64,000 bases of DNA from Zootoca vivipara (lineage: Eukaryota). Shown piece by piece: positions 50,939 to 63,834 of this stretch. Both the position numbers and the translations under genes were made by a program. The stretch spans positions 54,064,001 to 54,128,000 of the forward strand of contig NC_083277.1 of NCBI RefSeq assembly GCF_963506605.1. The letters run 5' to 3'. Positions within the stretch are counted from its first letter, which is position 1. The number at the start of each line of letters is the position of its first letter. The notes under the pieces were generated by a model, which searched no databases, was not told the DNA's origin, and saw only the letters and a list, made by a program, of their open reading frames with translations.

Positions 50939-51074
50939 CAGGCATCCCCAAACTTCAGCCCTCCAGATGTTTTGGCCTACAATTCCCATGATCCCTAGCT
51001 AAGAGGACCAGTGGTCAGGGATGATGGGAATTGTAGTCCAAAACATCAGGAGGGCCAAAGTTTGGGGATGCCTG
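50939..51074. mobile_element. Palindromic hAT MITE, copy 8
   Basis: Perfect TSD GTTTACAG. Confidence 0.92.
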
Positions 51075-51240
51075 GTTTACAGTCTACCAAGCAGCAAACA
51101 AAATGATCAGATAAAAAAATGTAACATAGCAATGAAATAGGCAGTAGTAAAAGTGACTAAAGCACCCAAGTGATGAAACTTACACTGCAAAAGCCTGTTG
51201 AAATGTATGGCTTCACAACATGCCTAAAACTATTTATTTA

Positions 51241-51242
<2 letters not shown>

Positions 51243-51296
<54 letters not shown>
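51243..51296. repeat. (TACT)n microsatellite
   Basis: About 13 tandem TACT units. Confidence 0.9.
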
Positions 51297-51599
51297 TATA
51301 GCCCTGAGATGTTGTCAGTGCAGCTTAAAAGGGGTTCTCAGAATAAAATCACCCTCAAATCTGGTACAGGAACAAAAAATTATTTAGCATGCATCTGGAA
51401 CAAGGATTATTCAGGCTCTCTTTGTTCTTCCCTGTGGTCGGACAAATGAGGGGTAGAACAACTGGAACAATGTCGCTTAGCATGCCTCCAATTCAGATTT
51501 GGCACCACCAAGAAAAGAGCAAGGTGCACCAAAGACTGTACCAAAAGAATGAATTAGGGATACCCACAGTATACCATATATGTATACACATAGGAAATA

Positions 51600-51717
51600 G
51601 TTGTTGTTGTTGTTGTTTGGTCGTTTAGTTGTATCCGACTCTTTGTGACCCCATGGACCAGAGCACACCAGGCACTCCTGTCTTCCACTGCCTCCCACAG
51701 TTTGGTCAAACTCATGT
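51600..51717 (-). mobile_element. Bov-B (RTE) LINE, short 3' fragment
   Basis: (GTT)n tail and reverse complement of 55033-55147. Confidence 0.85.
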
Positions 51718-51982
51718 TTGACCAAACTGCAGGAGTAATGCCCCTAAATAGTAATGCCCCTAAATCTTGCCCAATTACTATTCCTCGTAAGGCTGCCATA
51801 GCTGTGTTGTAAATGAACTGGACTCTTGAGAGCCCCCCTCAGGCTATTACTGAGAGGCTTGACTCCAAAATTCTTTTAGATTTTTGTTTTGGAGTGGGAT
51901 CTGTCAGTGGCAGCTGAAAAAAATCGTGACTAATAGGGGGTCCCATACCTTCAAAAGGACTTTCATATATCTGTCACCATAG

Positions 51983-52108
<126 letters not shown>

Positions 52109-52604
52109 GTCTCCAAAAGGGGGGGGGCGATTATTCATCATGTCCTTTTTACTACTGTGCTGCCTGGGACTGCTCACAATTTCTTCAGAAATCATTAAAA
52201 GCAACATAGCTCAAATTGTGTGGCATGGTGCACCATTGGTGCCTGGAACAAGTGATCTGGAAGGACTTAGATTTCTTTGGATTGTTTTGTGAAGATACCC
52301 GTTTTAGTGAAGATCACATTTGTCTGGGCAAAACACACAGATGTATATCAATAAGTTTCAGGAGTTCCATTTTCATTAAAATAATAATTAAACCAAGTTT
52401 TGCAATGCTGTAAAGTTGAGCAGTGGGGCAGGTGAGTGCTTAAACCTGTTCCCTGCTACCCATGGTGTTATGGATGTGTGTTTACAAGGCTGAAATGCTG
52501 GCTGTTTTTAATCTGGCAGTATTATCCTGTGGTAGCAAGAAATCACATAATTCCTTTCCTTGTGTAAAGTATTGAAGGAAAAAGTTCTGTAACAGACTTG
52601 TACA

Positions 52605-52610
52605 AATAAA
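52605..52610 (+). terminator. NPRL2: Candidate NPRL2 poly(A) signal AATAAA
   Basis: TGTACAAATAAAA ~500 nt after the stop; ATTAAA also at 52375-52380. Confidence 0.45.
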
Positions 52611-53024
52611 ACAGAAAGATAATTGCATTACCCTTGCTCCTGTCTCAATTGCTTTGAGTCCTTCCTGTGTATTACTGGTAATGAGGAGGAATGGTGGGCG
52701 TCTTATAAAGCTAATGTGGAACCAAATCATGTTTCTGTGCAATTAAGAATTTAAATGTAGAAGCAATAGATAGGGGACACAAAAATTTGACACTTGCAAT
52801 GAAATAGAAATGGTTTGGTTACTTGGATGTCTCCAATTTAATATTTAATTACCCTTCTTATTAAATCGTTTGCCACTTGTGTATCCCAAACCTCTGGGTT
52901 TATTAGGTGACATGTATTTTGATATTGGATCAGTGCATTCCTTTTACTGAATTCTCTTAACCCAACCGCCATGCATCTAAGATGGTTGAGGGTAATGATT
53001 GATAAATGAGGCATTCTGTTAACC

Positions 53025-53127
53025 ATCTCTCATATTTACCTTCCCTGATATTTAAGAAAGGAAAAAGGTTATGGATCTCTCATATTTACCTTCCCTGATA
53101 TTTAAGAAAGGAAAAAGGTTATGGATC
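53025..53127. repeat. Perfect 50-bp tandem duplication
   Basis: ATCTCTCATATTTACCTTCCCTGATATTTAAGAAAGGAAAAAGGTTATGG x2 plus ATC. Confidence 0.9.
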
Positions 53128-53569
53128 AAACTTATACTTTAAATGGAGCCTTACTTTCAGTCTCGGTGCTGCTATTACTATGACGCCCCTGCTTTTTAGA
53201 AGTCCATGTGATGGATTAGGTTTAAACTTCCCTCCCCAACTTAGGCGTGAGTGGAGGGCAGATTCAGTTCTGGCAAGATTTATAATGATCACACAGCAAG
53301 CATCATGGCCAAGTGGGGATCTGAATGTGGTCTCCTTAGGCTAGGACCAGTGCTGTCCAGTGTATAGTTTCCTCTAACCGGAGTAGGGAAGGGAACATGC
53401 AGCCCTCCAAATGTTGGACTCCTATCTCCCCCAATCCCCAACCAACATGGCCAATAGTTAGGGGAAAGTTCATAAAATCATAGAATTTTGGAGTTGCAAG
53501 GGATTCCAGCGGTCATCTACTCCAACCCCCTGCAATGCAGGAACCTCAACTAGATCATACATAGAGAAA

Positions 53570-53892
53570 TCTGTTGCGGTCATATCGAATCCCGATTCTG
53601 TCTTCTGCGACATTGCATTCCCACGGCATGAGGGTTAGATGCCATGTCTGTCTTTCTCCTTTGGCAATCACTCGTGGCCGGCTAAGATGGTCTTCCATGA
53701 ACGCGGTGGTCTTAACGGTGTGTCCGCAAATGACTGCGGAGTCCCGTTCTGGATCCGCAGGAGGGATATGTCGGTGGGCCGCGGTGCCAAGTCCCTCCAC
53801 TAGAGGTCGCTGGTGGTGCAATCGCTGCAGCGGCAGCCTGCGCTCGTTTCCATGGCGACGGCGTCGGGCCTGGCGTCTCCCTCGAAGCCACG
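53570..53892 (+). promoter_or_regulatory. ZMYND10: ZMYND10 CpG-island promoter with RFX X-box and CTCF-like motif
   Basis: X-box GTTTCCATGGCGAC 53846-53859; CCACTAGAGGTCGC 53797-53810. Confidence 0.7.
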
Positions 53893-53990
53893 ATGGAGGA
53901 GGCGCTTCCTACCGTCCTGCTGCCCGGCGAAGCCGAAGCGTTGGTGGAGTCGCTGAAGAACTTCCAGCTGCGGGATATCGGAAACTACGG
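53893..53990 (+). CDS. ZMYND10: Zinc finger MYND protein 10 (axonemal dynein assembly factor), coding exon 1
   Basis: MEEALPTVLLPGEAEALVESLKNFQLRDIGNY(G)|gtacga; LLPGEAE motif typical of the ZMYND10 N-terminus. Confidence 0.92.
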
Positions 53991-54324
53991 GTACGAGGAG
54001 GCGGAGGAGGCCGAGCCGGAGGGAAGGGGGTGTCCAGGGGGGTTGGGAATAGTGCCTCGTTCGCTGGGGGAAGGAAGAAGCCTCAGAGTCGAGCAGGCCG
54101 AAGCAGGGAGGCTGAGCCCCTGTGCGGAGTTAGCCGTTGGGTGGCAGGCAGGAATCTTACAGGCAAAGCCACCGCACTTCGCTTCACCTGTGGGATTTCT
54201 GGCTAGCTGTTTTTATAAAGCTGTTTTTTATAAAGCTGTTTTTTTCTGCCTAGCTGTTTTTTATAAAGGTGTGGATCCCTTATCTCCTGTTATCCTGCCA
54301 CAGGTGGGGAAATAAAGGCACAGA

Positions 54325-54768
54325 CAGTGCCGGATTTTCTACGTACAAGCTAATCAAGCTATAGCTTAGGGCCCCACCCTCTTGAGGGCCCCCAAAAAAT
54401 TTAAAGGCAAAAAACCACTGGATGTACATTTCCAAATTGTAAGATAAAAATCAAATAAAATAGAACCTACATACAGCAACAGTGTTTTGTGCTGTGTAGG
54501 CTTCTATGATGTAAGTCATGGGCCCCGCCTGCTAGCCTGCTCCCTAAAATATCACTGCTTTGCTCATTTCTATATTTAGGGTACCTACATTCTGCATGGA
54601 CTTGTTGCATGGCAACATGTGCAAATGGCTTTAGATACCTATTAGGTCCATAAATTACCATATAGCATATATTCAACACAAAAAAATAGTGACAATTTGT
54701 TGTTGACAAAGGATAGCTTTGGACATATAAAGGGCCCCATTACCTTCAGTAGCTTAGAGCCTCATCAA
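54325..54768. mobile_element. hAT-like non-autonomous element, right end truncated by Bov-B
   Basis: Starts CAGTGCCGGATTT; subterminal TAGCTTAG(G/A)GCC repeats at both ends; no matching terminal repeat found. Confidence 0.45.
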
Positions 54769-55147
54769 ATTGATGCTTTTGAATTATGATGCTTGAGGAG
54801 ATGCTTGAGAGTCCCATGGACTGCAAGAAGACCAATCCTATCAATTCTTAAGGAAATCAGTCCTGAGTGCTCACTGGAAAGACAGATCCTGAAGCTGAGG
54901 CTCCAATACTTTGGCCACCTCATGAGAAGAGAAGACTCCCTGGAAAAGACCCTGATGTTGGGAAAGATGGAGGGCACAAGGAGAAGGGGACAACAGAGGA
55001 CGAAATGGTTGCACAGTGTTCTTGAAGCTACCAACATGAGTTTGACCAAACTGTGGGAGGCAGTGGAAGACAGGAGTGCCTGGCGTGCTCTGGTCCATGG
55101 GGTCACAAAGAGTCAGACACGACTAAACAACTAAACAACAACAACAA
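54768..55147 (+). mobile_element. Bov-B (RTE) LINE 3' end
   Basis: ORF RRCLRVPWTARRPILSILKEISPECSLERQILKLRLQYFGHLMRREDSLEKTLMLGKMEG...AWRALVHGVTKSQTRL and (CAA)n tail. Confidence 0.92.
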
Positions 55148-56236
55148 TTATTTATAATAGGCTTGAATAACATTATCCATATACGGTAAGCTAGCTGTTC
55201 CGTTTCCTCCCCCCCCCCCAAATAAATGATGAACCAATGATGCACACGGATAAACACTGCTGCAATTGTGGAAGCACTGTTTGGAACTTTAACAATCACA
55301 CAATTTGCAGCAAAGACATCTGATTAGCAATAATAACTCTATTACATTTCCCCACACAGTCCAATCTTGTAGAAAGACTGGAGGGATTGTTGGCTTGCTT
55401 TCATGTGTGAACTGGTCTGTGGTTGCAGGCAAATCCAGAGTAAAAAGACTGATATGTGAATGGTGGTGGAGTTGTAAATCTCATGAATCATATTTTTAAA
55501 TGCTTCCCACTTCCCCAAGTGCTGAGAAGTTCCTGGGTTGTAAAACAGGTTTTAATACTTCAGAGGAGACAGCACTGAAGACTTATATTCTTCACAGTAT
55601 TTGTTTATTTACAAATATGCAAGGAAAACATTTTGAAAGTGACAGACTGCTATGATATCCAACAAAACCTTTGGTTTTGCATGAGATGCCCAAAGAGAGC
55701 AACTGTTTGGCCCTCTCTTCCTCTCTCCCATTCCATTTCTGCTAAACACAAATGTTGTTTGACTCCACTCTCCTGCTCTTCCAATATGCATGCATTTCTG
55801 GGGGGACTTTATTGTCATTAATATCACAATGTCAAAAACACTCACAACTACATCAAGTAAAGACAGTAGCATTGTTTCTCTTCCTGAAGCTGAAGGGCGT
55901 CACCTTCAAAGGCATAAGACAGAAATCTCTGGTCATTAATTCCTGTTCAGGAAATATAATTCCTGACTACCAACAAACAATCATGTAATGAAGAAAGATC
56001 ATCTAGTATGAATGAATAAATAAATAAATAAATAAATAAATAGTATTAGTACCTGTAACATGGCTAACAGCATTTTCAAATTATGGGTGTCATCAAATCA
56101 GGTACACTTGTGAAATAAAATCCAGTGCAATAAAATGTGAAAAGAGTGACTGATAGCCAGAAGAAATTGTTGTTAGTGGTGGTTGCAGAGAAGAAATGGG
56201 GGACTGGTGCTAACTACTCTCACCCTACTCTCCTAG

Positions 56237-56345
56237 GTGGATAAGGCAACATGAGCACATTGAGAAGCTTAACATGCAGGCAATACTGAGTGCTTCTGCT
56301 GGGCATGAGCAACTCCTTACTGAGCTTCTGGTGAACAATGGCAAG
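56237..56345 (+). CDS. ZMYND10: ZMYND10 coding exon 2
   Basis: [36 protein letters not shown]|gtatga. Confidence 0.94.
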
Positions 56346-57144
56346 GTATGATGCATTCAACTGTGGACCAATAAGAGAAGCATTTGTATCTGACAGAATC
56401 TATGTTCCTGTGAACAAAGTTGAACTGTGTTTTATTTGGTACTTACGTAAGGTTGCTCAAAGAACTACTCAAGTTTATACACCTATATTCCACATAAATT
56501 AACTACTAGCCGCACTGTGGTCACATCCATAAATGATGATTATAATAGTTTCCACTCCAAATTTACTTGACAGGGTAGAAAAAAATTATTTCTTCAGCAC
56601 CCTTTGTGACTACATGATGGTGGCTAGGGTATTAGGAGCTAACTCAAGCTGCATTTAATGATTTTGACTATGCACTCGATAAGGCCACAATCCTAAGTGA
56701 GATTTTTAAGAAATTAATTATTGAATTTATATCCTGCCCTTCTCCCAAAGGAGCCCAGGGAGGCAAACACATCAACAATTTTAAACGAAAAACATTCTAA
56801 ACAACTAAGAATTCTTTTTTAAAAAACCAATTACAGTTAAACTATTTAAGAGCAGTTACTGGTTTAAAATGCTCTAAGAGCTGTTACAATTAAAAGCATT
56901 ACTTCATTCAGTGATCTTATGGTTGCCTGGAATCATATTCTTCAGCAAACAATGCCTGGGTAAACAGGAATGTTTTCAAATTCCTCCTGAAAGTTAATAA
57001 TAATAGAGAGGGACACATCTCTAAGGAGGACATTCCACAAATGAGGAAACCAATAATGACAAGGTCCTGTCATGAGTCATTGACAACTGAGCAGACAACC
57101 AATTGTCGAGTCTGAGATGGGACATAGTGCCAAGTAAGTATGTT

Positions 57145-57262
57145 TTCAACAACCCTGTGAGATTGGTTAGGCTGAGAGTGAGTGATTGGCCCAAGATCAC
57201 CCAGTCAGCTTCATGGCTGAGTGGGGATTTGAACTGTGGTCTGCCAGGTCCTGTTCCCACAC
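57145..57262 (-). mobile_element. tRNA/CORE-type SINE fragment
   Basis: AACAACCCTGTGAG...GCCCAAGATCACCCAG...GGGGATTTGAAC (reverse B box). Confidence 0.55.
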
Positions 57263-57595
57263 TAATTATTATTATTTCATTAGATTTATATATTTATATA
57301 TGTCAGGGCAGTTCTAACTGCTACACCACACTGGCTTTCAGTGTTCCATAAGAAAGACTGTGTGCACCTTCTTGCATTGTGACAGGCAATGGTTTTTTGT
57401 CTGCCATGTGAACAGCAGTGTGTAAAGTGAGAGAATTTCTTCTGTCTGCAGTAAGCCTGCAGTAAGCTGTTTGAACATCCAAGAGACATATCACAAGCCC
57501 TGAATTTTTCTTGTTTGATTCAGGCCTTACAGACCTCATATTTAAGCTGGAAATATCTCACTCATTCCTGATTATTTGTTTTTTTTCCTGTTTAG

Positions 57596-57814
<219 letters not shown>

Positions 57815-58312
57815 TAAATTAGTCTGGCACATCCCAGAATTATCACTATTAGCAGATTATATGTACTATTAATGTAAAATAATTTTTAAGCTAAATTTCT
57901 GAGAAAGCTAATTATTTTGTTAAAGCTAGAGCTTCCAAAACATCAAAACAAATTGTCTCTTTCAAGAGGGTAGCACCTCATTTTAGCACCTATTATCCTG
58001 AATACAGAAAATCAATTTTTATTTCAGTATGTAATACTCTGTTCTGATCATAACAATCCTACAGGCCAAGGTTCAGTGTAATCAACTGCAATTTCTATAG
58101 ATGGTTTCCCCACCACCACCACACACACACATATTAAATCTTTTAAATCTGAATCTGATTTGTGACATTTGTCCCACAGACTATGTTCTCACATCACTAA
58201 GATGACACAAAAGTGGGTTTCTATTTCTTACAACATATTCCCTTGGTTTTTGACATTACTAATGTCCAGTAAGCGGCATTTTGATAATTTATGCTTTATT
58301 CTTCCACCTCAG

Positions 58313-58366
58313 CTGCGTCATGAAGCTTCAATTATTAACCTGTTGGAGACAGTGTTTTTTCACAAG
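58313..58366 (+). CDS. ZMYND10: ZMYND10 coding exon 4
   Basis: LRHEASIINLLETVFFHK|gtaggc. Confidence 0.95.
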
Positions 58367-58972
58367 GTAGGCAGCAAATTTAGACTGTTATGAGCAAATA
58401 TTATGGGCAAAAATATCATAATGATAATTTAGGTCACTGCTGATGAATCATGATAATTCACCAAGTGAAGACTTCTCAGTGTGGTAACATGGTCCAGGGG
58501 ATAATTGTTGATCTGGGCTTTTTTATTCCTTCTTATTCCTCTACTACAAATTATGTTAGAGTGGAGTAGGATCACCTAGGGATTCTGCATGAGCTACAAG
58601 TAACAATGTCATTGATTTGCCAATCTATGTAATATTTTATGTGACTTCTTGGTGCAGGCCTGCTGCTCCCCAGATTGGCAGAAGTAAATTTCCGCTGGCC
58701 CCTTTACCCCTTTACAACCTTTAACCCTACCAATCTGAAGTGCAGGCAAGTGCCCCTCAGAAACCAAATATTCACCCCAGACTTTTTACTTCATCCCTGG
58801 TCAAATATCCTATCTTTTCCTACCTGACCTATTGTGGAATATCCCTTTGACTCTCTTCTAGTACATTTCTTTTGCTAAACTGGTTGCATCAGTGTAGTTC
58901 AGTCTTCTCTTGCTTTTCACTAAACAATATTTTAGCTCCCAACAGAATAAACCAGATGGCTTCTTATCCTAG

Positions 58973-59419
<447 letters not shown>

Positions 59420-60899
59420 TAAAAGAAAAACTTTTTGGTGGGATTCACCTAACCAGCTCCATCAGCAGAAACCCTGTGAAAAGAATTCTGCTTGTGCAAT
59501 GGGGTTTTCACCCTTCTCCCTTGCATACCTCTTGCCGGGGGCGGGTCAGAGAACCCCCAGAACAGCTCATTGGGGAAACTGAATGTTCATCATAAGGCAA
59601 TGTTGAATTCCACCCCTTAATTCCCAAGATGGAAAATTCATGTGGTGCCTCCAGATCATAAAATATTTAATAAAAAACAGATCATTTGATACCCTTTGAT
59701 CTCACAAATGTCCTTTCTGAACTGGCCTGTCTCAGTTTGCATCATGGTAGGACCAGGAAAAAAAATAATGTTTGCAAAGTTCTGAAACATTTTGTGTTAG
59801 TTTCCATAACCACATCTACTCTCTGTAATTACTCCCACTAATTTTTCAGAAACAAAAGGCCAAAAATCACTGTTCTGAGTAATGAAGCTATTCTAAATAA
59901 TGAGTTCCCCCTTTACTAGGCATGTGGTAACGTTCTATGTGAAAATGATCTGTTTTATTTACTACTTGTCCAACAAGCTTTCTTCATTGAAGGAATGCAG
60001 TTTGTTCTTGTTGAGTTCCAACTAGCTTCCTCTATCTCCATGCTTCCAGCATCATTGTTTGAATTACACTCTTGTTTTGTGACGTGGTAGAGTCGGACCA
60101 GTTGTGCCTCACTGTCTAGCATTGTATTATGCTTGAGAACATAATGTAGAACACTCAAGAGTTTTACTTGTTGTGAGTTAATAGTCTCTCAGACACTAAG
60201 TAAAGGAATATGCAATCCTTCCACCAGCTTATCTTGTAGCTGTCATATCCCTGCAAACCCTTCACCTTCTGATTTTCGACACAGAACTACTTCATAAACT
60301 CTCCAGTCCTGGTAAGGCTGTACTCACTGAAGAGTTGAAAGGAAGCAGGTCCAGATTATGTTTCATAGGTAATAGCTGCATTTCCAATGCAGTATCAAGA
60401 AGCCAGACCAGAGAAGAGGTGCAATTAGATACAGGTGCTTCAGAACCCTGGACAGATCAAAGAGTGCAGGCAGCTTGTTCCCACAGGCTTCTAGCTCCCA
60501 ACCCTTATCCTCCTCCCTTTGTGTTTAGCTACCCATCCTAGGCTCCACCTCAAGGCGTAGAAAGCTTTAAAGATGTAGTTTTCTAGCCTCAAAATTAACA
60601 CTCCAACATTTCTCTCTTGATTCCTGTCTGGTGTATTGCCTGAATGAGGGAGCAGGTACTATGGAGCAGTGTTTCAGGAAGATTGGGGCCAAGGGATGTT
60701 ATCTCTAGGAATTCTGATGCAGGGAGCTAAGGTTCACTGTTGGGGCCTGGGTCCAGCACCTCTGCAACTTCACCTCTGGCCCAGGTACTGCTTGAGATGG
60801 TGCCATGACTAAGTGTCATTTGTTGGAGAGAACCTGGTAGCATCACTATAGTGTTTGAGCCTGAGATATAGCTCTTTGTGTGAATTTTGCTGCTTCCAG

Positions 60900-60988
60900 G
60901 AACTAAAGAAACAAGCTGAGGAGATGGAGTTTGAGATCTCACTGAAAGCACTTTCTGTGTTCCGTTTCATTACCGGTCTACTAGAGAG
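60900..60988 (+). CDS. ZMYND10: ZMYND10 coding exon 6
   Basis: ELKKQAEEMEFEISLKALSVFRFITGLLE(S)|gtatgt. Confidence 0.94.
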
Positions 60989-61610
60989 GTATGTTCAGTT
61001 TTCATGGAAGAACTGAGGTAAACGCCTGGGAGAAGGGGTAAAGATTTTCTATATTCCCATGTCTGCTAGTTTCAATTTTGGAAGGTTCATTTATAGGTTA
61101 GTTCAGGAGTGACACTTTGGCCCCATGGGTGCCCGGGGCTGTGGGTGCCATGCAGTGTGCGTGGCCCTGGCACCAAATTTTGTGGGTGCCCAGTCCCTTC
61201 ATGGGGAATTTTGTGGGTGCTCGGGCACAAAGGGCCCCAGGGGATTGGTACCTATGGGTTAGTTCATAACTTGTATAATGAAAAGCTGGATTTTGATTGA
61301 AGTTGAATATCAACTTAAATTGCTATGAATACAATCATTGAAGTCTTGATGAAATCCTTATCTGAATAGGAGTAAACATTTTTATATGTTCATTGCATAG
61401 TGCTGTTAATCACTTAAAGTATTACTCACTGAAGTGTTGGAGTATATTAGTTTTGCTATAATAGGTATGGTGATAGGATTTTAGCGCTCCTTGCTAGTGT
61501 ATTCTTCACTACTGATGATTCATTGTAAGCATCCTAGCATGACTACCAACTGAGGTCTTAATTTTTGTCACTTAATTTTTTCATATTAATTTTAGTTTTG
61601 TGAACCTTGA

Positions 61611-62052
<442 letters not shown>

Positions 62053-62357
62053 TATAGCCTTGGGTATTAAGGGTTCCTCTTGGTTGGGTCCTCTGTTGTT
62101 TGTAAATTTAGATTGGAACATCAGGATAGACTAACACTCTTCTCCATAAAACTCAGGGTTCCCCCTTTTATAGTCCTTCTGCCCAGTAAGTGTATTTGTT
62201 ATCATTTTTTGTAATTTTTGTAATTTTTTGTAATTAATATATGGTACCGGCTGCACCTCAACCCACGCTCTGTAACCAGTTGTGGAAATTCAAAACTATC
62301 CTTACCATAGCCCCTCTGTTTTAGTTTCTTTGTTTCCTTTTTATTTGACCCTAGCTA

Positions 62358-62999
62358 CCGTGTTTCTCATATTATAAGACACGTCTTATATTTATTTTTT
62401 CCTGAAAAAAAACACACCATGACTTATTTTCAAGGGATGTCTTATTTTTTTATTAAGTACCGGTACCGGTATCTGTACAGACCACAGACCTGCTCCCACC
62501 GGGTCTTCGCGCGTGGCAGGCAAAGGCTGCAGCCGGGTCCTGGGTCTTCGCGCGCGGCAGGCAAAGGCTGCGCGCGCGGCAGGCAAAGGCTGCCGCCGGG
62601 TCCTGGGGCTGCGCGCGCGGCAGGCAAAGGCTGCAGCCGGGTCCTGGGGCTGCGCGCGCGGCAGGCAAAGGCTGCAGCCGGGTCCTGGGGCTGCGCGCGC
62701 AAAGGCTGCAGCCGGGTCTTGGGGCTGTGCGCGCTGCGCGCTGAGGCTACAGCCAGGTCCCGGGTGTCTGCGCGCGGTGCGCAAAGGCTGTAGCCTCAGC
62801 ACGCAGTGCGCGCAGCCCCAGAACCCGGCTGCAGCCTTTGCCTGCCGCGCGCGCAGCCCGCAACCCTTCTTCTTTGCCACAGACCTGCTCCCACCACCCG
62901 GTACGGCTTATTTTCGAGGTATGCCTTATATTTTTCCACCTCAGGAAAATCCTGCCATGCCTTATTTTGTAGGGATGCCTTAAAATATGAGAAACACGG
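62358..62999. mobile_element. Pogo/Tigger-like non-autonomous element with internal GC-rich 41-bp minisatellite
   Basis: TIR CCGTGTTTCTCATATT / AATATGAGAAACACGG, TA TSD; unit GCGCGCGCGGCAGGCAAAGGCTGCAGCCGGGTCCTGGGGCT. Confidence 0.85.
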
Positions 63000-63279
63000 T
63001 ATCTCTTGTTGTCCCTTTCTGTTCCTGTACTGCTTTTTCTACCTCTAAAGATAAGTAGAACTGTGAAGGACAATTGTGACAGTTCACTGAGCAAGCTAGG
63101 GTGTCTACTCACCCTTGTGTATCTATGAGCAGGCACCTCAGTCTGTCATTCCAAGAAGCAGACTATCATCTGAATATTCAGCTAACCAGGCAGTAGACCA
63201 CAGTCATGATAGAAGGAAGCATGTATGTACAAGAGATGTATAAGGATACCACTAGGGCACTGACTTAGAAGAAATGCCA

Positions 63280-63487
63280 TGGTGTACCTGTAGCAGCAAA
63301 ACCGGATGCCTTCATCTGCCCTAGCTGCAACAAAATGTCTCTCCTGCATTGCTCCCTAGCTGCAACAATGTCTCTCCTGCATTGGTCTCTGCAGCCATGG
63401 CAGGCTTTGTAACTCTCCAACAGTTTGACTTTACTCTTGAAGGCTCACTCTTCCATTGTCTCCTGAGACAGACAGATGCAAACAATA
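63280..63487 (+). mobile_element. RTE-clade LINE 3' fragment
   Basis: Degenerate C-terminal zinc knuckle (DAFICPSCNK...IGL.SH) and tail TTCCATTGTCTCCTGAGACAGACAGATGC; contains an internal ~35-bp tandem duplication. Confidence 0.55.
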
Positions 63488-63834
63488 GTTAAGGAAACAT
63501 AATTCTGTAGCTTCAGTTCTACAAAAAAGAACCCTAATAGAGAGGCTTCTTGCTGTCCTAATACGGTTCTAGGACCAGAAAAACAGCCTGCTCGTTATGC
63601 CCCTGAAGGACTAAATGAAGGGATAAAGAAACAAACTGGACATAAGGAAGTATGCAAATTATACACTCTGCCCGCCCCCCGAAGTTTCAGTAACATTTGC
63701 ATAAGCAGCTTTTCATCCATCTTGGCCCAGAGATTTTTTGGCTACTAGATCTATATTTATCATATTTAAATGTTACTTGTGATTTTTAAAAAAATGTCCT
63801 TTTCTTTCTTATCACCATTTATCATTTTTCCCAG

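Noticed and set aside
53574-54315. 210-aa ORF and the 140-aa extension of the ZMYND10 exon 1 ORF
   Set aside because: CpG-island artefact; ZMYND10 homology stops at the donor after 53990 and resumes in phase at 56237.
62392-63136. Repetitive 120-160 aa ORFs, or a CRISPR-like array
   Set aside because: Translations of a 41-bp minisatellite within a MITE; units are contiguous with no unique spacers and the context is eukaryotic.
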